A program made the position numbers and the translations under genes. DNA of 63,563 nucleotides, the filler included, from Folioceros fuciformis (lineage: Eukaryota): the NCBI GenBank assembly GCA_049999805.1. It is 31 parts of 31 records of this genome, joined end to end, with 100 filler letters (N's around TTAATTAATTAA, not from the genome) between each part and the next. Parts side by side here need not be neighbours in the genome. Positions count along the whole stretch, not along the records: positions 1 to 2,925 come from JBNGIO010000368.1; positions 3,026 to 4,231 come from JBNGIO010000370.1; positions 4,332 to 6,552 come from JBNGIO010000371.1; positions 6,653 to 8,410 come from JBNGIO010000372.1; positions 8,511 to 9,560 come from JBNGIO010000373.1; positions 9,661 to 10,691 come from JBNGIO010000374.1; 25 more parts are not named here. One strand, written 5' to 3'. Of this stretch, positions 1 through 10,791 are shown piece after piece (the stretch's first letter is position 1; each line of letters opens with the position of its first letter). The notes beneath the pieces are model-generated. The model had not been told where the DNA came from. It was given only the letters and a program-made list of their open reading frames with translations, and ran no database searches.

Positions 1-502
1 AGGCCGGCCATGTTTCATGGCGTCTGGTAAGGTTGTGGGGAGGAGATATCCAAGAGGGGAGTGTGTTCCCTTCTTTCTTTTCTTTGGGGTTAGTCTAGTG
101 ACTCTTGCCGGGTAGGAGGAGTCAATAGGGAAGTGTAGAAGGTAGTGGTGTCATTGTTAGTTGCTGGTGTTGGTGCTGGAGTGAAAGAGTGAGTGTAGTG
201 AGTGAGGGAAGTCGCAGATCTAAGAGGTTAGGGTCGTTGTAGTGACTAGAGTGAGTTTGTGGGCACCGAGAGAGGTGCAGCTGACCGACGGACAGCGAGG
301 CCTGTCCTACGCCTGATCGGAGCTGGAGGGGAGCCCTCGAATCCATCATCGAGTCGATCAAGTCCGACCCTCCATCCACAGCAGCAAAGAACCCCATCGC
401 TCCTTCGTGGGAACGAAACCCAATGTCTCAACGACATGGGATAAGTGTGGCCACTAAAGGTGGAACCCATTGGCAATCAGTGCTCGGGGTTTTGCCTCCA
501 CA
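1..502. mobile_element. LTR family A terminus (ends ...GCCTCCACA)
   Basis: Near-identical to 37691-38153 and 40556-41006, and in reverse to 52830-53547 and 58959-59794. All copies stop sharply at the same CA/TG end against unrelated flanks. Confidence 0.85.
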
Positions 503-2925
503 ATCATCACCAAAACAAATTAATAGTTATATATCTATGTACATATGTAAAATAACAAGTACTAGTATTGGAATGATCTAATACCATAGTACCATGTAAG
601 AAATGAGGAAAATGGTAGTTATCAATTTTTTTTCTATCAATTTATTTTGACATGGAGTACACAACTACAATTGGTAACATGAGGCAAGACTTAGTCAAGG
701 AAGACTTGCATGGCAATAAAATAAAGTGTTTTTGTTTTCTACATAAAACCATAGGAGGCTTTTGTATCACTTTCAAAGGTGGTGTCAAATTTCTTTTCCA
801 TGTTATACATACCAAAAATTTATTCATGCAATAATAAATAAGGATATTGCACATGTTTGGATGTTTTAAAGCACTTATGCATTTTCTTAAACTTTGTAGG
901 ATCTGAACTACTTGTTTCAATTCGAAATCATCTTCATCAGAAGTTCAAGAATTTGGACAAAGCACTAATGGGAACTCATGCAAGTGGATTTTGCCTCAAA
1001 TTGGTATATATTGAGAACTCTACAAATGAAAAAATTGGTTCTAAAATATAGACAGAGACTAATTTGGTGTTTATGTTGCATTTCATAAGAAAGAGGTTTC
1101 GCTTTACTTGAATTCAACACATGAAGCTCAAAAAAGAATAGGAGACAACTTGTTAAGTAAAGCTTCCTCTTCATAGATAGCATTGTTGTCTTCCAACACA
1201 TTTTAAAAAGACAAATAAAAAGGAAATCTCAGGATTTTATGGAGCACTTATTGCATTGCACAAACATAATAACCTCATGGCATTGCAATCAAATGCAGGT
1301 ATGTCCAAAAGTGCATGAGGGACAACAAAGTAGTTATGTTACAACTCATTCACATGCCATTTGCAAATTTTAAAGAAACACAGGCGGATGAGGTATTGTA
1401 TGTATGCTATTAATAACAAGATGATTGTCAAGTAGAAATTTTTATACCTCATAAAATGCACTTTAAAATACTATAGCAAAAGTTAGATTAGTAGGAGATT
1501 GATTTCAATATGACACTAAGCAAGCATTGGGATGCATGGATGAGTTATAGACACATGACACATTGAAATAAGAAGTTAATATCAATTAAAATTTTATATT
1601 CAGGATAAATTATTATTATCAAGCTTCAATGGAATGATGGTATGTTATGTTTTTTCAATGGATAAAACCCATCAAAACTCTGTAGAGGGATATGAGTCTT
1701 CTTAATGAAGAATTGCACATGCATATTTCAGAATGAAGCAACTCATTTTCGTAGAGTATATTTGCATATCCAAATTTATGAATGTTGGATAAGACCCGAA
1801 CTCTTGATTTTAGATGAAGAAGTACCATCTTTCTTCAACATAGTGGTTGTGTTGTATCCTAGATATAGTTATAGCAAAACTAACTTAGTGCTAATAAATC
1901 ATAAGCACCGAAAGAAGTAAACACTAATAGCTAGCTACATGTTTGGAGAAAGAGCAATTATCTTAATTTTTGAAGCCCAGATATCATGGAGCTGAAAGGC
2001 TTACACCAAGTTTTGAGCATTCAACAAGTTTTACATTCAGTTGTACAAATCCACGATGGAATGAGACTATAACAATTCCTATCTTCTTAGTAAATCTTCC
2101 TCAGGTATTATGTCAATCCTTCAATCCTTATGATGTTCATCTACTACTACGGCAGGGTATTCATAGGCTTGATTTGATTTATGTTGCTACGATCCATCGT
2201 TTCGTGCCGTGCCTTGGGCATGTTCTAATTTATTATCTACATAAAAGGTAGCATGTATAAATTTTTCACTATACATAGGACGATATGAAAAGGAGGATGA
2301 GATTTCATGCGAGCTTTTTGGTTGGGCAAACTTTCATTTCTTGGATATGGCTGGTGTATTGGATCTGAAAAAGACATGTTTGCGGTTGTGGAATAAAGAG
2401 CCCTTATACTCTCCAGGTGATTAATTAATTATTCTCACAATCGGTGAAACACAATTTTCATTTCATGTCGTCAATAGAGATATTACAAAGTCACTAATTT
2501 TGGATTTGGATTTGGATTGAACGTTCCTTCACCTTCCTTCTTTCGAAGAGGTGATGGATCCATCGTACATGCTCTTGTGCGCAATATGGACATTGGTTGT
2601 TTGATGTCCCATAGGAACAATAGGCGAAAATACATCCCAGAACTATGCAGGATTATTAAGTGTACAACTTGAGACCTTCTTCTATTCTTCAATTGACAAA
2701 GATAGAAGACAATTGCAACAAGAGATTAATGAGAGAAACCAAAGTAAATAATTTTATTGCTTACTATTCCAAACTCTACAAATAATATCTTGCATCTTAC
2801 ATATTGTTAAAGCATCTTAATAAATCTTAGACCCCTAAACCTTGAAATTTAGACATCTTGTTTGATATTGGTATGGTACAGTGATAAACCTTAACCTCAT
2901 GGATAAGCATCACATGTACCCTGCA

Positions 2926-3025
2926 NNNNNNNNNNNNNNNNNNNNNNNNNNNNNNNNNNNNNNNNNNNNTTAATTAATTAANNNNNNNNNNNNNNNNNNN
3001 NNNNNNNNNNNNNNNNNNNNNNNNN
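2926..3025. other. Artificial contig-joining spacer (first of 30)
   Basis: N44-TTAATTAATTAA-N44. Others start at 4232, 6553, 8411, 9561, 10692, 12920, 15856, 17218, 21458, 24407, 26376, 27676, 30652, 33122, 34945, 36360, 37591, 40456, 42674, 44117, 45395, 48527, 50545, 53548, 55256, 56422, 57638, 59795, 62032. Confidence 0.99.
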
Positions 3026-4231
3026 GTAGTGAGGCATCTTCTTCTCTATCCTCAATGCTCTCGCCACTTCTACTATGCCTGTTCTTGCGCTCTGCAACTT
3101 CATTTTGTTGTGGCGTATAACGACATGAGTACTGCCATTGAATGCCCTGTTCTGATTAGAATTTGCTGAACTCTCTAGAGAAGTACTCTCCCCCTCCATC
3201 AGATCTTAGGCATTTGATGTGCCTACCTATCTGCTCCTCAACCATCGCCTTGAAAGTATGAAAATGAGTGATCACTTCACTTTTTTTCTTTCATGAAATA
3301 GACCCACACCTTCCTTGTGTGGTCGTCAATGAAGGTCACATAGTACTTGCATCCTCCGATTGATGCAGTCTGTGTAGGACCCCAGACATCTGAATGCACA
3401 ACATCCAACACATATCTGCTGACATGTTTGTCATGGGGGAACGCATTCCTAGGCTGTTTCCCAAGTTGACATGCTTCACATACACCTTGCAGTCCAGTTT
3501 CTGTAAGCTTGGGTATGCCTGTGACAACCTTCTGATGCTGCATGGACTTCAACTTCTACACATTTACATGTCCAATGCGTTTGTGCTACATCTCTAGGTC
3601 TATCACTACCCTTGTACCCTTCACAAACATGGCTGACTTCAGCTTAGGAACCTCCACGTTCAAGGTGAACATCTGTCCAACCTTCTGTCCTTGAGCAATC
3701 AAGCGACCACCTTTCTTGCACTCTTCAACGAAGAGTCCTGCAGGTGTAAACCTAACCTGCAGTCCTTGCTCAACCATCTGCCCAACTAACACCAAGTTCT
3801 TTGTGATGTTGGGTACGTGAAGAACATCTACCAAGCACTTCAATTTGCCCTCCTGCATCTTTAGAGGTACAGTTCCTGTATGCACAATTGCATGTGTTGT
3901 GTCATCTCCAGTTTCCACATATCCACGTTTGTCAAGCACCTGCATTTCTTTGAACCACTCCCCATGGCATGTCATGTGGTTTGAAGCTCCTAAGTCCACA
4001 TACCACACAATCTCACCATTGGTGGATCCATTAGCAGACATAGAGTTAAGCATATGTTGCATGACAAACAAGTTGTTCGAGTCATTCTGACTGCTGCTAG
4101 AGGCATAATTGTTCCGCTGCCACCTCTTTGCCCTCTGCCACCTTGGGCTCTACCTCTACCTCTGCCAGAGTAGAAGGCCTGCTCAGAGTTTTCCTTAGGC
4201 TTAGGGGATGATTCCTCGCCTAGGTTTTTCT
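3026..4231 (-). mobile_element. Ty1/copia pol fragment (protease, GAG-pre-integrase, integrase core), decayed
   Basis: WYVDLGASNHM (protease), CEACQLGKQ, VHSDVWGP, YYVTFIDDHTRKVW, TPQQN; contains stops and frameshifts. Confidence 0.93.
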
Positions 4232-4389
4232 NNNNNNNNNNNNNNNNNNNNNNNNNNNNNNNNNNNNNNNNNNNNTTAATTAATTAANNNNNNNNNNNNN
4301 NNNNNNNNNNNNNNNNNNNNNNNNNNNNNNNTAGGGCTCGTCTCTCGGAGATACGGCGTACCCGATTTCACGAAATCGCAAGAATGACA

Positions 4390-5159
4390 CACCCTATTAT
4401 GGAGTATATTCCAAAAGAGGAGAATCTTGTTGATATATTTACCAAAGGCTTGTCAAAGTCAACACATGATTATTTCTTCTCTGCTTTGGAACTTGTGAAT
4501 TTATCCTTACCTAAATAATGTTAGATTAATGAGAGAGTTTTTATTTTTTTCATAAGTGTTTTGCCTAGCAAATTAGTTTCTTATGTTGTTCTAAATGTGA
4601 GTGGGAGTGTAGAGGCATCAAGTTCAGGGCAAGTTTGAACAAATTACTACTAAGAATAACTTAGGGTATTTAGACCTGAAGAGACACTAGTTTCAATTGA
4701 ATAACTACTTTTACGCTTCCATGTTTCTAAATCTTGCTTGATATTTGTCTTCTACATCGAGAATGCTTCAGCTTGTGTATTGTGTCACATCCTACACTAT
4801 CAATATTAATTAGAATAACTTTGGTTATTATATAACCAAAGTAGTTTACAGAGTGGTATACTACATGTTGGAGGTTCTTCCTCTTACACAATTTGCTTCT
4901 TCTTTTCAACCATTATCTCATGAAATGTATGGCCTTCTAGGACACTATTCACTAGGGCACTAGCATGTAATCATTAAATGCTAGGGCATAGGCAATTGCT
5001 CTTAAGTAGTTATTAGTTATAACTACTTTATGATTATAACTACTTACGGTTGTAAACATATAGTCTTTAAATAGGCTTGTAATCTTTACTCTTATTAATT
5101 TCATTATATTCTAGCACTTTACGTCTAAAAGCTATCGATTCTTATCATGGTATTAGAGC
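4390..5159 (+). mobile_element. Copia RNase H end, PPT (4599-4607), LTR (4608-5147) and tRNA-iMet PBS (5148-5159)
   Basis: EYIPKEENLVDIFTKGL, then GAGTGGGAG, then TGTAGAG...TTATCA, then TGGTATTAGAGC. Confidence 0.7.
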
Positions 5160-6076
5160 ACCATAGCTCTTTATGTTGGAGCACAACACTCTTTTTCCCA
5201 ATGCTACTCTAGCTTTATTCCATTGTGAATCATGCATCGTAGAGACGTTATCTTGGGCAGCAATCAAGTGTAGCATTAATTGTTCTAAGGATGTGTAGTT
5301 TGTGCAACCACCTTATGTTCACTCACCATAGATTATCCAAATCTTAACGAATAAGACAGAAGGAAAGTTCAAACCTTGAGAAAGAGGAGGCAACAAAATG
5401 ACTTCACAGATGTTGCAACAAAGGAGCTTAATCTTCACTCCCCTATTGAACATGATATGCTTGAAGTCCATATTTGTAACCTCATATATGCTCTTCTTTC
5501 CAAGTCTAAACATAGAGTAAAGTCCATAATATTTGCTAGAAGAACTTTGCTCTCCACTTTTAGTCTTTATCAATTAGGTGCTATTGAGTCTGCAATATCT
5601 TATTTCCTTAACAAAAAGACTAGAACTTTCTTTCCTAACCCTGACAGATTGCTGCAATTACTCAACTCCATTACATCAAAATTGATCCAAATCCATACTT
5701 CAACTGATTAAAGATTGAACTACCTCACCCAAAAGATGCATCTAATCTCTAGAAGTGTTGAAAAAATAATTGTTCCAGATGTTGATATTCATACCCTTTT
5801 TGTCTGGAGCAATACAAATATTTGCAACAAAACAATGAAGAAGTGCAACACGTGCTCACGTGTTACTTCTAAGTTTATCAAGAGGACTTCACGCCAAGCA
5901 CGATCTAGCATCCTTCGTTGAACTTTACCTACAATGTTTGAGGAGCAAGTAATTGATGAGGTTACAAGGACCCTTACATACCATACATGTAGCCTCCCAA
6001 AATTTTGCTTCCTTATCCTCCACCATCATTCTTTGGCATTGTCGTTTAGAACATCATCATAGCCAAAAGCTTATAC

Positions 6077-6381
6077 TGTAGGGTTATTAAAGCCCAATGT
6101 GCTTAGACTCATGTGTTTAGTCTAAGATTAGTGTCTAGTTAAGTATCATTAGTTTAGATTAGCTTAAGCTTATTTGTAGGAAGATTCTTGCGCAACTTCC
6201 TGTGCGCTTCTTGTGAAGCTTCCTAGGGAGCTCTTCTAGAGGGTATAAATACCCCCTTGAGCTCCCTTGCATATTGAGACCTTTTGTGAGAGTGTGACCT
6301 CTCTTTCTCCTCTTCTCCTTGCCTCCTCCTCTCCTCTCCTTCACCATGCTCCTCTAGCAATCCTTCAAGTGGTATCAAAGC
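6077..6381 (+). mobile_element. 5' LTR family B (6077-6367) with PBS (6370-6381)
   Basis: TGTAGGGTTATTAAAGCCC...CCTTCA followed by AG-TGGTATCAAAGC. The same LTR starts at 12890 after a PPT and occurs reversed at 13429-13712. Confidence 0.88.
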
Positions 6382-6652
6382 GAGGTTGTGGAGCTTGGGT
6401 GTGAAGTTGGATAGGTGATGATTACAAGTGCTCCGCGAGGAACGCATCGAAGTGAGTAGGAGTTGTGAGCAGCAACCCGCTGCCCAGGATAGAAGGGGCT
6501 GCCATCCCGTCAGGCCTCGGGGGCGTGAGCTCGCAGGCGCGCAGGCGCGCTGNNNNNNNNNNNNNNNNNNNNNNNNNNNNNNNNNNNNNNNNNNNNTTAA
6601 TTAATTAANNNNNNNNNNNNNNNNNNNNNNNNNNNNNNNNNNNNNNNNNNNN

Positions 6653-7006
6653 ACCCAGATACCCCTTCCTATGTTCAAACCATTATTATATTATTTTATA
6701 TTATTATATTATTATTTAATCATTTAATATTATATCTTTAAATAATATTAAACTAATCACCCAACCCTATGGCCCGGTACCGAACCTAAACCTTCCCAGG
6801 TCTGGGACCAAACCTATACCCACTCTTATAACCAAACCAACTATTTCCTGGTCAATTAACTTAATTAGCACAAAGAAAAATAGGAAAAATGACCAGAAAA
6901 TCAAGGAAAATTAGGAAAAATAAGTTGAAAAAGAAAACCAAACCATACCACTATTAACCCTTTTTCAACCAAAACAAACTACTACCCCAAACTTTGGAGG
7001 TTCACA
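6653..7006. mobile_element. LTR family C terminus
   Basis: Reverse-complement match to 20816-21200; ends ...GGTTCACA against copia RT/RH sequence. Confidence 0.8.
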
Positions 7007-8145
7007 AAGGGTCAAAGGCCCAATCTGCATCGGTGTAGCCTTCGAGTGACAGCTTTCCCGTGCTTGTGCTTCTATACACCAAACCATAGGTGATAGTTCC
7101 TTTAAGGTAGCGAAAGATTCTCTTAACAACAACCTAGTGCGCCTTTCTTGGTGATTCTAAGAATTGGGACACAGTGGAAACCGAATACTAGATGTCAGGT
7201 CTGGTCCATCCACTAACAAAGATAAGACTGCCCATGACATGGTGATAAGGAACTCACTCCATTTCCCTAGTCTCCTCTGTTGTCTATGGGCATTGATCCG
7301 CTATGACCTTTGTGCCAGCAACGTAAGGGGTGTTGACGGCCCTGGCTTGGTCCAGGCAGAATTTCTCAAGTATCTCCTTGATATACTTATATTGATGGAT
7401 GACAAAGTTGCCTTGGGCTCTATCTTCTGAGGATTTGGATTCTGAGGCAGAACCAAAGCTTGCCTCTGTCCTTCATCTCAAATCGGGTGCTCAAAAGCTG
7501 CTTTACCTCTTCTAACATGGCTTGGCTATTTGTGGCGAGGATGAGGTCGTCCACATAGAGGGCGAGGAGCACGAAGTGGGGTCCCCTGGATAGCCTTTAC
7601 ACGTTTCCAGCTGGGGAACATTGTACAAAGGAAGAATCGATCAAGTAAGAGTGCATAGTGGTATACCAAACGCGGCCACTTTGCTTGAGGCCATAAATGC
7701 ATTTCTTAACTCTCAGCACTTTGTTTGGGAACTGCTTGCTGATGTATCCTTCGGGTTGGTCCATGTAGAGCTCCTCGTCAAGTGCTCCGTATAGGAAGGC
7801 GGTGCACACGTCCATTTGGTGTAGCTCCAAATCAAGCTCTACAGCCACAGATAAGACAAGGCGGATAGACTGAGCTGGCACGACGGGGAAGAAAGTTCCG
7901 TGATAGTTGAGCCCTTCAACTTGGGAAAAGCCTCGGGCTACCAAGCGAGCCTTGAAACGGGCAACCTGGCCTTGGGCATTAAGCTTGAGCTTGAACGTCC
8001 ATTTGCAGCTGATCGGCTTCCTTCCATGGGGCGGATCAACCAGCTCCCAACCTTGTTCTTTACAAGGCTTTGGTATTCATCCTCCATTGCGAGTCGCCAC
8101 TGGGAAGATTCTAGGCCCGAAAAGGCCTGAGAGAGGGTAGTGACA
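7007..8145 (-). mobile_element. Copia reverse transcriptase to RNase H start, decayed
   Basis: [47 protein letters not shown]. Confidence 0.92.
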
Positions 8146-8311
8146 TGTTCACGTGACCGTAGAGAAGTGATTAGATTAGAATAGAATGTTACAGGACATA
8201 TCTTGTGAATTTCACTAGGTGACGGTTATTAGTTGTAACCGTCACCTAACCCTCTAACCCTAACCTGAACTAATAAAAAGGTAATTAAAATATGACCTGT
8301 CACTCCCACTC
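8146..8311 (-). mobile_element. Short 3' LTR family D (8146-8302, 157 bp) with upstream PPT
   Basis: Minus strand GAGTGGGAG|TGACAGG...GTGAACA; the same terminus recurs at 24507-24552. Confidence 0.7.
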
Positions 8312-8512
8312 AGGTGCAGGGTTAGTGTAGTTAAGTTATATATATATATAAAACTATTCTAGCCTATAAACTTAAAGCTAAAAGAAACTTAGAACCCTAA
8401 TCTAAAGAAGNNNNNNNNNNNNNNNNNNNNNNNNNNNNNNNNNNNNNNNNNNNNTTAATTAATTAANNNNNNNNNNNNNNNNNNNNNNNNNNNNNNNNNN
8501 NNNNNNNNNNGG

Positions 8513-8968
8513 TGGACCGATGTAGACAGGATTGAAACACAGAGAAAGGCAGCAGGAGCTAAGAAGAAGCCAGCAGTGGCAAGCATTGAGGTGAATAAGG
8601 AGGTACACAGATTTCTGGTGGGAGAAAGGAGAAAGGATATTGCGCGTAAGGTAGAGAGCACGAATGCGCGTGTGAAGCAGGAAGGAGGCCACGTACCTCA
8701 CACAAAGTTGGTGTTGAAGCCACTGAGTGAGAAGGAAAAGGAAGACGTGCTTTGTGGGCATGCTGAGAAGCTAGCTCTGGCGTTTGGTCTGTTGAATACT
8801 CCGAATGGGACACCTCTGATGGTAACCAAGAATCTACGCATGTGCAGTGATTGCCACAGCTCGACGGCGATCATGTCGAGGCTTGAGCAGAGAGACATTG
8901 TTGTGAGGGATGGGTACCGTGTGCATCGATTCGCAAATGGTTGTTGCAGTTGTAAGGGTCGACCATGA
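8513..8968 (+). CDS. PLS-PPR RNA editing factor C-terminus: E2 end plus DYW:KP domain ending GRP (5'-partial)
   Basis: Frame open from the contig edge: WTDVDRIETQRKAAGAKKKPAVASIEV (KPAxA instead of PG box), HAEKLALAFGL, KNLRMCSDCH, HRFANGCCSCKGRP*. Confidence 0.95.
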   Translation, partial: WTDVDRIETQRKAAGAKKKPAVASIEVNKEVHRFLVGERRKDIARKVESTNARVKQEGGHVPHTKLVLKPLSEKEKEDVLCGHAEKLALAFGLLNTPNGTPLMVTKNLRMCSDCHSSTAIMSRLEQRDIVVRDGYRVHRFANGCCSCKGRP

Positions 8969-10021
8969 GAAAGTGAAGAAGTGAGTGTAGCCAGTGCCAG
9001 GCGGATTCCTAGTGGTCTTCGGATTCTTGTTGGTGGCGAGTACCATTGTTCCCCTAACAAGAAGAAGAAGGAGAAGAAGAAGAATTGTATGATGGTGCAC
9101 TTGACGGCATTTCGCTCTGTGGGACTAGGTACTTCACAACTTTGTAGCAAGCCTAGCATGTTTTCCCTGCACTCCTGCACACTCTTCATGATGAGCACGT
9201 TGTACACGTGCTTTGCAGGGTCTCGTCAACTCCTTCTCCTTACCAATACTGCCGTATGTATATGATGCTGTACAGTGCAGGTGAAAGCACATCGGTAGCC
9301 AGTATGCCGAGGAGTATCAAGGCACAAGAGCTTGGCAGTTCACAGGATGCAGGTGAAACTAGCAACCCCAATTAGAATCCAGGCAGTGCGAGGCACATAT
9401 CTAGACTTTTACTTAACGGCAATTGCTTGTCTGGTCATATCCAGGCCCGCGTTGCCGTTTCGGCCTTCAAGATACCTACTGACCCAACTGCGTGATGAGA
9501 AACAGAGACCGTGATACCATGGCTCGCTTAAAAATATCTTGGGGTATGTAGGTTGACATGNNNNNNNNNNNNNNNNNNNNNNNNNNNNNNNNNNNNNNNN
9601 NNNNTTAATTAATTAANNNNNNNNNNNNNNNNNNNNNNNNNNNNNNNNNNNNNNNNNNNNATACCATGGCTCGCTTAAAAATATCTTGGGGTATGTAGGT
9701 TGACATGCACTTAACGTTGACAAGCCTGAAATGAACATCTTGTTTTTCCTATGGCAGCTGACAAGCACTTAACTGTTTTGTATATCTAGAGTGAAACATA
9801 AAGTTACCATCTAATATCCGTCACATGGTCGATTGGTCTGAAGCACCAGTCCGGTCGCGCACAGGTATTATAGGACGGGTCACCCCTTCAGGCAGGACGG
9901 CTCACGGTTCACCCCTTCAGGCTGCTGTGGTCAGACATACGTTTGTACAGTCTACCCGGCCGGGGATCTGGCTCGACGAGACTTTTGTTAAGAGTCATCT
10001 TCCGACAGCGGTCCCTGAACG

Positions 10022-10691
10022 ATGGCCACAGTTTGGCAACCGGACCTGTTGTCGACCCAACAAATTGGAATTGGTGTGTGTACAAGGACTCTACTAGGAA
10101 CCCCCGCTCACCTCAGCTTCGGGAGTGAACCCTTTGCAAACAAAGGCTCCAGGTGCAGCAGTGTGAGGAGCCCAGCACTTCCACCTCCGAGAACGAGAAC
10201 GTGTGTGGGCAGGGACGGGTTTTCCGACGATGCTGGTAGTTGCCAGGAGCAGCAGGAGCACTTGTGGCAACAACTTTTTCTGGACCCTACCATGTGGTGG
10301 GATAACAGACAAGACAAGAGCTCCAATTCCCCTCACTTCCGGCGTAAGGTGTCCGGCGAGGTGCTGCGGTTGGACAACATAATTAAGCCAGCATGGGTTG
10401 ATGACAAGCTCGTCTCCTTGGATATGCAGATGGATCACGGTTCCGCTCTTTCCATCTCCAGCTCTCCAGATGATCCTGAACCTGAAAGGCGTACAGGTGG
10501 TGAAATGGGCTCCAGGGGCAGAAGTGCAAGAAACCCAGCACTTCCACATCCAATGAGCCATGGAGTCTCTTCTTTCGAGTGCAGCTCTCTGTATAAGCGT
10601 GGATCCGGCAGGCGTGCAGAATTGGAAACGGGCGTCGTAAGTGCTGCAACCGTGAGCATGTTATGTCATCAGGGGAAGCTTTCTGAGGCCG
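10022..10691 (+). CDS. Probable PPR protein N-terminus: transit-peptide-like region, OSB-type PDF motif, start of helical repeats (3'-partial)
   Basis: LWQQLFLDPTMWWDNRQDK...SPHFRRKVSGEVLRL...PAWV resembles the OSB PDF motif (WWDNR..K...PDFKHK.TGEALWL...P.W). The frame ends in MLCHQGKLSEA, typical of the helix preceding PLS repeats, and is open to the contig edge. Confidence 0.72.
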
Positions 10692-10791
10692 NNNNNNNNN
10701 NNNNNNNNNNNNNNNNNNNNNNNNNNNNNNNNNNNTTAATTAATTAANNNNNNNNNNNNNNNNNNNNNNNNNNNNNNNNNNNNNNNNNNNN

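Noticed and set aside
122-476. Recurrent ORFs in family A (MGFLAAVDGG..., MGTERGAAD...)
   Set aside because: They recur only because the repeat is young; they overlap on both strands, vary in length between copies and show no domain.
2970-2981. Recurrent TTAATTAATTAA as a biological repeat or CRISPR-like array
   Set aside because: Always centred in 44+44 Ns; it is an artificial all-frame stop linker. ORFs ending in X...LIN are artefacts.
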